Shown here piece after piece: positions 1 to 7,604 of a stretch of 44,240 bases of DNA. Both the position numbers and the translations under genes were made by a program. The DNA is from Candidatus Omnitrophota bacterium. GTDB taxonomy: Bacteria; Omnitrophota; Gorgyraeia; 2-01-FULL-45-10. Numbering within the stretch: position 1 is the first letter of the stretch; the number at the start of each line of letters is the position of its first letter. Below the pieces are notes generated by a model. It worked only from the letters and a program-made list of their open reading frames with translations, searched no databases and was not told the origin of the DNA. The DNA lies in NCBI GenBank assembly GCA_026387155.1, contig JAPLMF010000019.1, forward strand, positions 1 to 44,240, written 5' to 3'.

Positions 1-61
1 TTTTTTTTTTTTTTTATACTTATTTATAACTAAGTAGATGATCAAAAAAATATACTTCCCC

Positions 62-661
62 TCACCTCCTCTCTCTTTCTTCCAGAACTTTCTCTTTCAT
101 TCGATGCTTAAGCCTCTGATTATAAACGAACAGCAGCCTCTCGAAAAGACTATCCAGTTTATCGTCGCCTGCACCCGCCTCTATGGCTTTAAGCGCCTGC
201 TTTAATGTGTCTTTAAGACCTTTATTGAGAAACTCCGGCACAGATGTTTTTTTAAATTCCAGTGAAACGTTCCCGAAGGCCTGCGATAGCTCTTTCGTAG
301 AGCTCTCGATGGCCTTTTTAAATTTTAAATATACCTCGCACTTATACCGAAAAATATCCGATTCTATGATGTGCCGTTCGATTTCAGTGCTAATATTTTC
401 CTGTATGTCCTTTAGCGTTTTGGCGGAGTCGGAATATTCTCTCATAATTCCGGTTAAGTATTCCAGGGTCTCTTCTGTATAATAGGAGTTAGCTCCGGAT
501 CTTCCTTCCTTCGTCTTGATCCGTATCGGTTTTGGTATGATATCCCTGACATCTTTAAGATAAGAGAACATTCTGGGCTCAAGGGTCTTTGCGCCCAGCC
601 TGTTATTTATCTGTTTTATAACCTCGTCCTGTGTATAAAGTGTCTTTCCGAGCAGTTCCAT
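62..661 (-). CDS. Hypothetical regulator, possibly a MerR-like N-terminal HTH, divergent from the recombinase module of element A
   Basis: 199-aa ORF. The N-terminus (LYTQDEVIKQIN...YLKDV..IIPKP.R...G...YYTEETLEYLTGI) loosely resembles a MerR HTH/wing. The rest is helical and charged. Confidence 0.35.
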   Translation of the reverse strand: MELLGKTLYTQDEVIKQINNRLGAKTLEPRMFSYLKDVRDIIPKPIRIKTKEGRSGANSYYTEETLEYLTGIMREYSDSAKTLKDIQENISTEIERHIIESDIFRYKCEVYLKFKKAIESSTKELSQAFGNVSLEFKKTSVPEFLNKGLKDTLKQALKAIEAGAGDDKLDSLFERLLFVYNQRLKHRMKEKVLEERERR

Positions 662-803
662 ATATTAGTGTCCTATAACTAACTTTAAATATACACTATA
701 TTTCCGATTTTGTCAAGGTAATTTTATTTTTTGTCTTAGGTGCCCCTTAAAATTGCTTACTTTTGAGTCCCCTTTAACAACTGAAAATACCTCTCTTATC
801 GCC

Positions 804-834
804 TTGACTTGTCGGCCAACCTATGCCCTATGTT
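804..834 (+). promoter_or_regulatory. Candidate promoter of the DUF2924-recombinase operon (element A)
   Basis: TTGACT (804-809) followed 19 nt later by TATGTT (829-834). The same block, ccTTGACTtg...cctatNtg, is conserved upstream of all three modules. Confidence 0.35.
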
Positions 835-860
835 GTAATGAGGCAAGAGAGGAGGCCAAA

Positions 861-1316
861 ATGGCGAGAAACGTGGCTATGACAGAGGTAATGGCGCTTA
901 AAAAGGCGCCCGCGAAAGAGCTTCATAGGCGCTACAAAGAGCTATACGGCGAAAATGCCACCGGCACCCATAAGGTCTATCTGTGGCGTAAAATCGCTTA
1001 CAGGCTGCAGGAGCTTGAGTATGGCGGATTGTCGGCTAAGGCCAAGGCTCGGATCAAAGATCTTATCGAAAAATACGACCCTATCAATGACAAGACGCTA
1101 AAGCCTGATAGTCCTATAGTAGCCAGTTCAAAGGATAAGCGGATACCTCTTCCAGGTACGGTTATTACAAAGGACTATAAGGGCTCCGTATATCAGGTAA
1201 AGGTTCTTGAAAGAGGTTTCGAGTTTAACGGGAATGTCTATAAGTCTCTTTCGGCGATAGCCGAAAAGATAACCGGAGCGCATTGGAACGGCTACCTGTT
1301 TTTTAATCGTGTGTAG
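861..1316 (+). CDS. DUF2924-like protein (recombinase-associated), element A
   Basis: ATG at 861 is preceded by gaggagg. The 151-aa product matches the length of its two paralogs. Conserved blocks are YLWxRIAYRxQELEYGGL, RLPxPGTVITKxYKG and YKSLSAIAxxITGxHWNGYLFF. Its stop lies 8 nt before the recombinase ATG. Confidence 0.6.
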   Translation: MARNVAMTEVMALKKAPAKELHRRYKELYGENATGTHKVYLWRKIAYRLQELEYGGLSAKAKARIKDLIEKYDPINDKTLKPDSPIVASSKDKRIPLPGTVITKDYKGSVYQVKVLERGFEFNGNVYKSLSAIAEKITGAHWNGYLFFNRV

Positions 1317-1324
1317 GAGGAGCT

Positions 1325-2935
1325 ATGGAAGAAAAATTGAAGAAAGAAAAGAAAAAGATTCGCTGCGCTATATATACGCGCGTATCGACTTCTGAAGGCT
1401 TGGAACAGGAGTTTACATCGCTCGATAACCAGCGCGAATCAGCGGAAAGCTACATCCAGAGCCAGAAGTCGGAGGGCTGGATTATCTTGCCTGAGGTTTA
1501 CGATGATCCCGGCTATACTGGTGCGAATACGGAGCGCCCTGCCCTACAGAAGCTTATATCGGATATAAAAGAAAACAAAATCGATTGCGTAGTCGTATAT
1601 AAGGTCGATAGGCTGTCGCGTTCTCTTCTCAATTTTAGCCAGCTATTGGAATTTTTCGATCAAAATAACGTGACGTTTGTCTCGGTAACACAGGCCTTTA
1701 ATACCAACACGTCTATGGGGCGCCTTACCTTAAATATACTGCTCTCCTTCGCACAGTTCGAGCGCGAGATTATTTCGGAGCGCACACGCGACAAAATGGG
1801 CGCTTCCAAAATGCGCGGTAAATGGATCGGCGGTAGACCGCCATTAGGTTATGATCTAGATAAAGAGAAACATAAACTTTTCGTCAATAAAGAAGAAGCT
1901 AAAATCGTAAAAGAGATATTCGATCTCTATCTCGAAAAACGGTCTCTTTTATCCGTAGCCATAGCCTTGAATGAAAAAGATCGTAAGACAAAGACATATA
2001 CCGCTCTTAAGGGCAATAAATTCGGTGGCATAAAGTTTAAAAGCACAAACATTCAACTAACCATAAAGAATGTCTTTTATATCGGTAAGGTAGGTTACCG
2101 CGGCCAACTTTACGACGGCGAGCAGGAGCGGATCATTTCGGATGAGGTATTTCAAAAAGCTCAAGCGATACTCGCCGATAACCGACGGGAGCGCAAGATC
2201 GCCGGTACTACAAAAAACATCGGCTTACTGAGCCATATATTGCGATGTAAGGCCTGCGACAGCACCATGTACATCATCTATACCATGAAAGGTAAGCATA
2301 AATACCAATACTACCTATGTATGAGCGCCCAGAAACGTGGCTACAATAGCTGCCCCACGCGGCTTGTGGCAGCCCAATCGATGGAGAATAAGGTTATGAC
2401 CTGCCTACGGCAAATCTCAAAAGAATCGAAACTTGATCCAAAAACGTGGGAGACCTTAACGCTGGAGGAGCAGACTTCGATTATAAGATCGCTGGTCAAA
2501 CAAGCAAGCTACGACGCCCATAACGAAATTTTAGACATAACGCTTCAGGATGGCAAAACCCATAGCTTTACCGTAAGGCTTCGAGAATTGAAGCGAATTC
2601 CGCAACATAAGCGCCAGGACGGCGAGATTGCCAAAGAGCCAGCCATAAGGCAGAACCTCGTCCTTGCGTGCCAGATAAGCCAAACCTCGAAAGAAAAAGG
2701 CTGCAGCTTGCGCCAGATCGCGAAATGGGCTGGCATTCCGCTTCCAAAGATCTGCGAGATCGCGAATATGCTCAATATGTCGCCCAAAATTCAGGAAGAG
2801 ATCATGCTCTCTCAAGACAAGCGCCTCTACGATATCGCAGAATATAGACTCCGGCCTATCATCTTCGAGATAGACTGGGCAAAACAGCAGCAAATCTGGG
2901 ATTCCCTCCTAAAATCCGTAGGTAATCAAGTCTAA
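1325..2935 (+). CDS. Large serine recombinase with a C-terminally fused ParB-like HTH region (element A)
   Basis: Resolvase-type N-terminus (IYTRVSTSE with the Ser nucleophile, VYKVDRLSRS, FAQFEREIISERT), a recombinase domain, and a Cys-rich zinc ribbon (CKACDS...YYLCMS...CP). Residues ~440-536 align to the separate 124-aa ORFs that follow recombinases B and C. Confidence 0.85.
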   Translation: MEEKLKKEKKKIRCAIYTRVSTSEGLEQEFTSLDNQRESAESYIQSQKSEGWIILPEVYDDPGYTGANTERPALQKLISDIKENKIDCVVVYKVDRLSRSLLNFSQLLEFFDQNNVTFVSVTQAFNTNTSMGRLTLNILLSFAQFEREIISERTRDKMGASKMRGKWIGGRPPLGYDLDKEKHKLFVNKEEAKIVKEIFDLYLEKRSLLSVAIALNEKDRKTKTYTALKGNKFGGIKFKSTNIQLTIKNVFYIGKVGYRGQLYDGEQERIISDEVFQKAQAILADNRRERKIAGTTKNIGLLSHILRCKACDSTMYIIYTMKGKHKYQYYLCMSAQKRGYNSCPTRLVAAQSMENKVMTCLRQISKESKLDPKTWETLTLEEQTSIIRSLVKQASYDAHNEILDITLQDGKTHSFTVRLRELKRIPQHKRQDGEIAKEPAIRQNLVLACQISQTSKEKGCSLRQIAKWAGIPLPKICEIANMLNMSPKIQEEIMLSQDKRLYDIAEYRLRPIIFEIDWAKQQQIWDSLLKSVGNQV

Positions 2936-3171
2936 AACAGAAGCTGTCACGAGAGATAGATTCCCGTGACAGTCCATTTTGCGATCACAAACCTGCCAAA
3001 TAATAGCCATATATAAGTGTCGCAAACTGCCTGCCAAATCCGAGAGGAATAGCGCTATTTTGGAGACTTATGGAGCCTATGAGGAGAAATTCTACACACA
3101 CGAAACGAAGATCGTCTATCCGTCGGAAGATACGACAAAACTAACGCCCTAACTCTTTGACACTCAAAGAC

Positions 3172-3210
3172 ATAAAAAAGCCCATGATCATTGGCTACAA
3201 CCATGGGCTT
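3172..3210 (-). terminator. Intrinsic terminator just downstream of tRNA-His, supplied by element A
   Basis: On the minus strand: AAGCCCATG-loop-CATGGGCTT followed by TTTTTTAT. It sits 35 nt beyond the tRNA CCA end. Confidence 0.6.
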
Positions 3211-3245
3211 TAACCTCTCACCTCTCTCTATGAGAAGTAAAAAAT

Positions 3246-3323
3246 TGGGGTAGGTGACGGGATTTGAACCCGCGACTTCTTGAGCCACAGTCAAGCGCTC
3301 TACCGGGCTGAGCTACACCCACC
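3246..3323 (-). tRNA. tRNA-His (GUG)
   Basis: Reverse complement GGTGGGTGTAGCTCAGCCCGGTAGAGCGCTTGACTGTGGCTCAAGAAGTCGCGGGTTCAAATCCCGTCACCTACCCCA. Extra G at -1, anticodon loop CTGTGGC, encoded CCA. Confidence 0.9.
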
Positions 3324-3384
3324 AAGTGTTCGTAATTATACCACATCACCACTATCCGCAAAAGTTAAAACTGACTATGCTTTC

Positions 3385-3906
3385 CTAGGAGGATCTCTCG
3401 GTTTCTCTGGAATGGAAAGTGGCACGGGGCTGGATCTTATGGCCTACTACAAGCGATCTCATGTCGAAAACCTGGTAAGTCGCTTTAACGCTTTCTATCT
3501 CTCCTTTTACTATTGTGTCATTTTCGAGGATCTCGGGTTGAAATCGGAGCTCCGACGTTAAACAGACTCTCATTATTAGACTTTTACCGTCTATTGTGAA
3601 TAGATAGTAGCGAGTAAAACCTTTCTTCTTGAAATCGATATTCCTGGCATCGAAGACTGGGCCTCCGGCTTCGGAAGAAAGTGCCTCCAGTCTTTCCTTA
3701 AGAACATCTGTGGGGAGCCTGTCGAACGCGTCCATCCTGTAAATCATCTTCCCGATGCGGACGGCGGTTAAGAGCTGGCTAAAACAGGCCTGATCGATTA
3801 TCGATGGCGGAAGGAGAGCATATGAGGCAGCCTCCATGACTTGCGGCATGAGGATCGAAAAAATCAGTAAACCGGCCAATAGTATTGACGGTCTTATCCT
3901 GATCAC
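3385..3906 (-). CDS. Hypothetical exported protein
   Basis: 173-aa ORF with an N-terminal signal-like segment (ILLAGLLIFSILMPQVMEAAS). No recognisable family. Confidence 0.45.
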   Translation of the reverse strand: MIRIRPSILLAGLLIFSILMPQVMEAASYALLPPSIIDQACFSQLLTAVRIGKMIYRMDAFDRLPTDVLKERLEALSSEAGGPVFDARNIDFKKKGFTRYYLFTIDGKSLIMRVCLTSELRFQPEILENDTIVKGEIESVKATYQVFDMRSLVVGHKIQPRATFHSRETERSS

Positions 3907-3965
3907 AGCCCCTCGCTTTACACAAGAAGCTTATCATAAAAACTAACTTTTGCAAGGGGTGAACC

Positions 3966-4745
3966 CTAATATTTATACATCTGGCGCAGCGCGGTGGATT
4001 TTATGCCCATCTTTCCGGTGAAAGGAAAGTCCAACACGAGTATCGTATAAAGTATCATGGCGATGAGAGCTGCCAAGAGCGACGTCATAAGTACCTGCGC
4101 ACGATGATTCTCCGAACCGAAGAAGAATGTGAACGCCACAGTAACAAAACCTCCTACAATAAGGACTATCCAAAGCACAGGATGTATTCCCTGCCCGGAA
4201 TCGAATATACGTGCCCTGCGCAATTCTCCGAGCTCGTTCAGTTTCATAATCGACTCGGCGAGAAATATCTCTTCTTTTTTATTCTGAGGCGTATATGCGG
4301 TATATAGCGCAAAAAGTTTACCAAATGCATCGCGCGCGTTATCGCTGCCTTTTCCTTGCGCTAAAAGCGGCCACTCATCTACAATAACCGCTTTCCCGTA
4401 CCCTTTTGCGAGCGAAATTACCTGGTCATGGAACTCGCCGCCAAATGCGTTTGAATCCCTCGCTACGCTTATAAGGCAGTTAGCTTCTGTCTCAACGTTC
4501 TGACTCGATTTGTCAAACCCCTGCCATGCCACCACAACCACGAACGCCAAAAGGACCGTATACGCCATTCCTATGGTCCCGAATATGGGTGCAGCAATAT
4601 CGTTATGCATCTTGAGTTTCTGGTGAGATATATATCGGCGCACTATCACGAGCCCGGCAACGGACAGGGATACCAATATCGCTACTACCATAAAACCCAG
4701 CCAAAGTGACGAAAAACGCAAAAGCAGACTCTGTGTGATCGGCAT
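3966..4745 (-). CDS. Membrane protein with 2+2 TM helices around a soluble core (DUF4239-like)
   Basis: 259-aa ORF with two N-terminal and two C-terminal hydrophobic helices. The family assignment comes from topology only. Confidence 0.45.
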   Translation of the reverse strand: MPITQSLLLRFSSLWLGFMVVAILVSLSVAGLVIVRRYISHQKLKMHNDIAAPIFGTIGMAYTVLLAFVVVVAWQGFDKSSQNVETEANCLISVARDSNAFGGEFHDQVISLAKGYGKAVIVDEWPLLAQGKGSDNARDAFGKLFALYTAYTPQNKKEEIFLAESIMKLNELGELRRARIFDSGQGIHPVLWIVLIVGGFVTVAFTFFFGSENHRAQVLMTSLLAALIAMILYTILVLDFPFTGKMGIKSTALRQMYKY

Positions 4746-4818
4746 AATTCCTCCTATATTTTAACAATAGCCTCCGGTACAGAGCACGTACCACCTGCGG
4801 GCAAACGCGAGTGGTGCA

Positions 4819-4893
4819 TGGCGCGCCTGGGCGGAATCGAACCGCCATGACTAGCTTCGGAGGCTAGTGCCTTATCCGTTAGGCCACAGGCGC
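4819..4893 (-). tRNA. tRNA-Arg (CCG)
   Basis: Reverse complement GCGCCTGTGGCCTAACGGATAAGGCACTAGCCTCCGAAGCTAGTCATGGCGGTTCGATTCCGCCCAGGCGCGCCA. Anticodon loop CTCCGAA. Confidence 0.9.
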
Positions 4894-4897
4894 ATAT

Positions 4898-7333
4898 TTA
4901 ATTATTAAAGATCTGCTCCGCTATCCCTTTGACTATGTTCGGAACATCTGGTCTCACTGTATATTTAGGATCTTTAAGGCTGCCTTTTATAGTGATGTAA
5001 CTATTCTTTCCGATCTGATCCGCGGCAGTGCTGATGGATCCGGATCTTAGCGCTTCATCCGTAAATTCCGATTTAAGCGATGCATCTATATATTTATCAA
5101 AACTCATCTTCACCGACCCGTATATATTGAGAAGATCCGATTTTAATACGAGGTCGTCGGTATATATCGATTGCTCCTTTATCGAGAAACTGCAATTTCC
5201 GTCGCTGAATACCACATTGCTGATATCCTGTGGAAAGATAATCTTCCCCAGCCCTTGGAACAGGTTCAGCTGCCATAGTTTTCCGTTATTTATAGCTATT
5301 TTACCGCTTCCGATAGATTTTGATAGGTCCTTATACAACCCTTCCAGATGGGCCTGGCAGCTTAATGTACCGGATATATCCTTGTCCTTGAACGCGGTGG
5401 CGGTCTTAAGCCCCTCTATTTTTACACCGGCTATATCCGCGTTCATGAAATACGGAAGGCCTGCAGAATTCAGGTCCATCCTGCCGGATGCGGTGACAGT
5501 GCCGCCGTAAAGAAAAGAATGGAAGCGCGTTATATTACCGACACCCTCTCTCTGGTTGTAATCGATCACTACGTCTACCGGCTTAAGATCATATATTGAG
5601 ATGGTATTCGAAAATATCTTCGCATCTATGGCGCACGACCTGACGTCACTGATCTTTCCGGCCAGCCTGAAGTCAGCTTTAAGCGCTCCCGAAAGCTTCA
5701 TCTTCTCCAGTTTATCCTTTGATCCTTTCATAATATTTTTGATCTCGTCGATACTGGTTTCAGCGGTCCCGTTTATTTCACCGCGTATCCCGGACGGATC
5801 GGACATATCAAGATCCCCGGTTATTGAAAAATCTGTATTGATATATTTACCCGCAAACTTTGATATCGTTACGGTATTGCCGCTTAATGCCGCCGTGATT
5901 TTAAGAGTAAGATCTCGCGAATTTAAGGATATCTGTACGCCGGGAGCCTCGAAGTTAGTAAGGGTCCCTGAAGTATTGTACAGCGTTTCGCGGTACTTCA
6001 CTTCGAGGTCTTGCCATGTGAGCTGCTTTGAGCTGAATTGTATCTGCCCGAAAGCTACTTCGAGCGGGGGCTTCTCTTTATTGAAAACAACTGTCGCCTT
6101 CTCCATATCGAGATAACCGTTTATCTCAGGGATCGAACCCGTCTCCTTTAGATCGGCCTCCCACTTAATATATAGTCTGCCGCTTCCCCTGATATCAGCC
6201 GGCACCGATATATTAAACTTATCCTTCAGCGTCTCTTTTAGCGCTCCCAGGCTCAACTCCGATACTATGTCCGCGATAAATAACGAAGCTTTATAGTCCG
6301 GTATATATGCTTCGGCGCTGAATGGCATGCCGAATACCACAGCCTTTACATCTTTGGCATAAAAAGACGATTCCGTGAACTTGACTTCGGCCCGTAAACT
6401 CTCTATCTTTCCGAGGCTTTTAATACCATCTATCTCCATATTCTGAACCGACATGTCTCCGGAATACTTTAGCTCTTTATTTGTGAAATCATAAGAGCCG
6501 TCAGCTTTAATATCAGAACTGAATTTTGCGGATATATCGTTTTTGACGAAGACCGTCTCTTTGGCGCGAATATCAATATCCGCGGTCAGGACGGACTTTC
6601 CATATTTAAGATTCAGCAAGGCATCCGCCTTACCACCATGGAGATCTATATTAAGGCACTTATAATAAGGCGCAAATTCGCCCGGTGAAGCATCGGTCAA
6701 GGTGATCTTCGCAGTGACAGACCCGTCGGAGATCGAGTACTCTCCCCATAACCCGATGATCGTAGACAGCCCTCCGGGTATATCACAATCCGCCTCAAAT
6801 CTTATTTTGCTCGGCAGGAGGATCCGAATATCGGCGCTAAGGCCATTGATATCCTTTTTAAAGGGCTCGGCGAATGTATTATCAGTAAAACTGCCCCTGC
6901 CGTCCTTTATATTGATTCGTCTTATTATGACACGGAACTCTCCGGTCTTAGAACTATAATTTTTGAAGAGGTCCGCAATATTAAAAGTTCCATCCGGACG
7001 CCGCTCGAGGTTTATCGTCGGCGACTTGATCCTGATGACCGGCACTATGAACTCTTTTTTTAAAAACGGTAGTATAAATGGCCTTAAAGAAACCTCTTTA
7101 ATACTGATCATGGTGCTCGCTTCATCGCCTATTGATATATCCCGTAATACAAGGCCGCTTATCAGGCTGATCCTTACCTGACCCATCGAAACACTCTTAC
7201 CACTGGCATCCTCGATCGACTTTTGGATCATACTTTTGACTTTTACCGGAAGAACGACGTTGTTCAGATACACCACCGCCGCGGATATGAATATGACGGC
7301 AAGAATGAGAATAGTCAGAATGATCTTTTTCAT
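4898..7333 (-). CDS. AsmA/TamB-like outer-membrane biogenesis protein
   Basis: 811-aa ORF with an N-terminal membrane anchor followed by a long beta-rich repetitive body, typical of the AsmA family. Its start lies 8 nt from att core copy 1. Confidence 0.6.
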   Translation of the reverse strand: MKKIILTILILAVIFISAAVVYLNNVVLPVKVKSMIQKSIEDASGKSVSMGQVRISLISGLVLRDISIGDEASTMISIKEVSLRPFILPFLKKEFIVPVIRIKSPTINLERRPDGTFNIADLFKNYSSKTGEFRVIIRRINIKDGRGSFTDNTFAEPFKKDINGLSADIRILLPSKIRFEADCDIPGGLSTIIGLWGEYSISDGSVTAKITLTDASPGEFAPYYKCLNIDLHGGKADALLNLKYGKSVLTADIDIRAKETVFVKNDISAKFSSDIKADGSYDFTNKELKYSGDMSVQNMEIDGIKSLGKIESLRAEVKFTESSFYAKDVKAVVFGMPFSAEAYIPDYKASLFIADIVSELSLGALKETLKDKFNISVPADIRGSGRLYIKWEADLKETGSIPEINGYLDMEKATVVFNKEKPPLEVAFGQIQFSSKQLTWQDLEVKYRETLYNTSGTLTNFEAPGVQISLNSRDLTLKITAALSGNTVTISKFAGKYINTDFSITGDLDMSDPSGIRGEINGTAETSIDEIKNIMKGSKDKLEKMKLSGALKADFRLAGKISDVRSCAIDAKIFSNTISIYDLKPVDVVIDYNQREGVGNITRFHSFLYGGTVTASGRMDLNSAGLPYFMNADIAGVKIEGLKTATAFKDKDISGTLSCQAHLEGLYKDLSKSIGSGKIAINNGKLWQLNLFQGLGKIIFPQDISNVVFSDGNCSFSIKEQSIYTDDLVLKSDLLNIYGSVKMSFDKYIDASLKSEFTDEALRSGSISTAADQIGKNSYITIKGSLKDPKYTVRPDVPNIVKGIAEQIFNN

Positions 7334-7341
7334 GAAATTAT

Positions 7342-7352
7342 TGGCGTCCCTG
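7342..7352. repeat. att core copy 1: orphan copy of the last 11 nt of tRNA-Arg(UCU)
   Basis: tggcgtccctg is the reverse complement of CAGGGACGCCA (3' acceptor strand, discriminator and CCA). It is identical to 24818-24828. Confidence 0.8.
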
Positions 7353-7604
7353 TTATAGGGCTCTCTGATACTTATCTCTGATGTTAATGGCGCTATTATA
7401 TAACAATTGTCTATAGTTGGCGAGATATTTATAGGAATCAGAGAGATGAGTTTTTAGAGAGATGTCCGGACATGTACGTGTGCTCAAAAACTGTCCGTTT
7501 TGTCCGGTAATTTTGAGGACAAAAAGTCACAACTATCTGAAACACAACGAGATAAAAATATCCGAGGATGGAGAGACGGACATTTCTATTTTTAGAGCTA
7601 TTAT

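Larger units (their letters stand above)
1..3245. mobile_element. Element A (partial): the tRNA-proximal end of an integrated element abutting the 3' end of tRNA-His. The far boundary lies outside the window.
   Basis: Same layout as elements B and C: divergent regulator, DUF2924-like gene, serine recombinase, ~310-nt non-coding arm, hairpin, ~35-nt spacer with CTCTCT, then the tRNA 3' end. Confidence 0.55.

Noticed and set aside
1-16. Run of 16 T at the very start of the window
   Set aside because: It sits at the sequence edge with no partner repeat or adjacent feature. It is most likely a contig-end or low-complexity artefact and cannot be interpreted.
3055-3561. ORFs 3055-3294 (-) and 3280-3561 (+)
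   Set aside because: They run across tRNA-His and the non-coding element arm, or antisense to the 3385-3906 gene. They have no RBS and no family resemblance.
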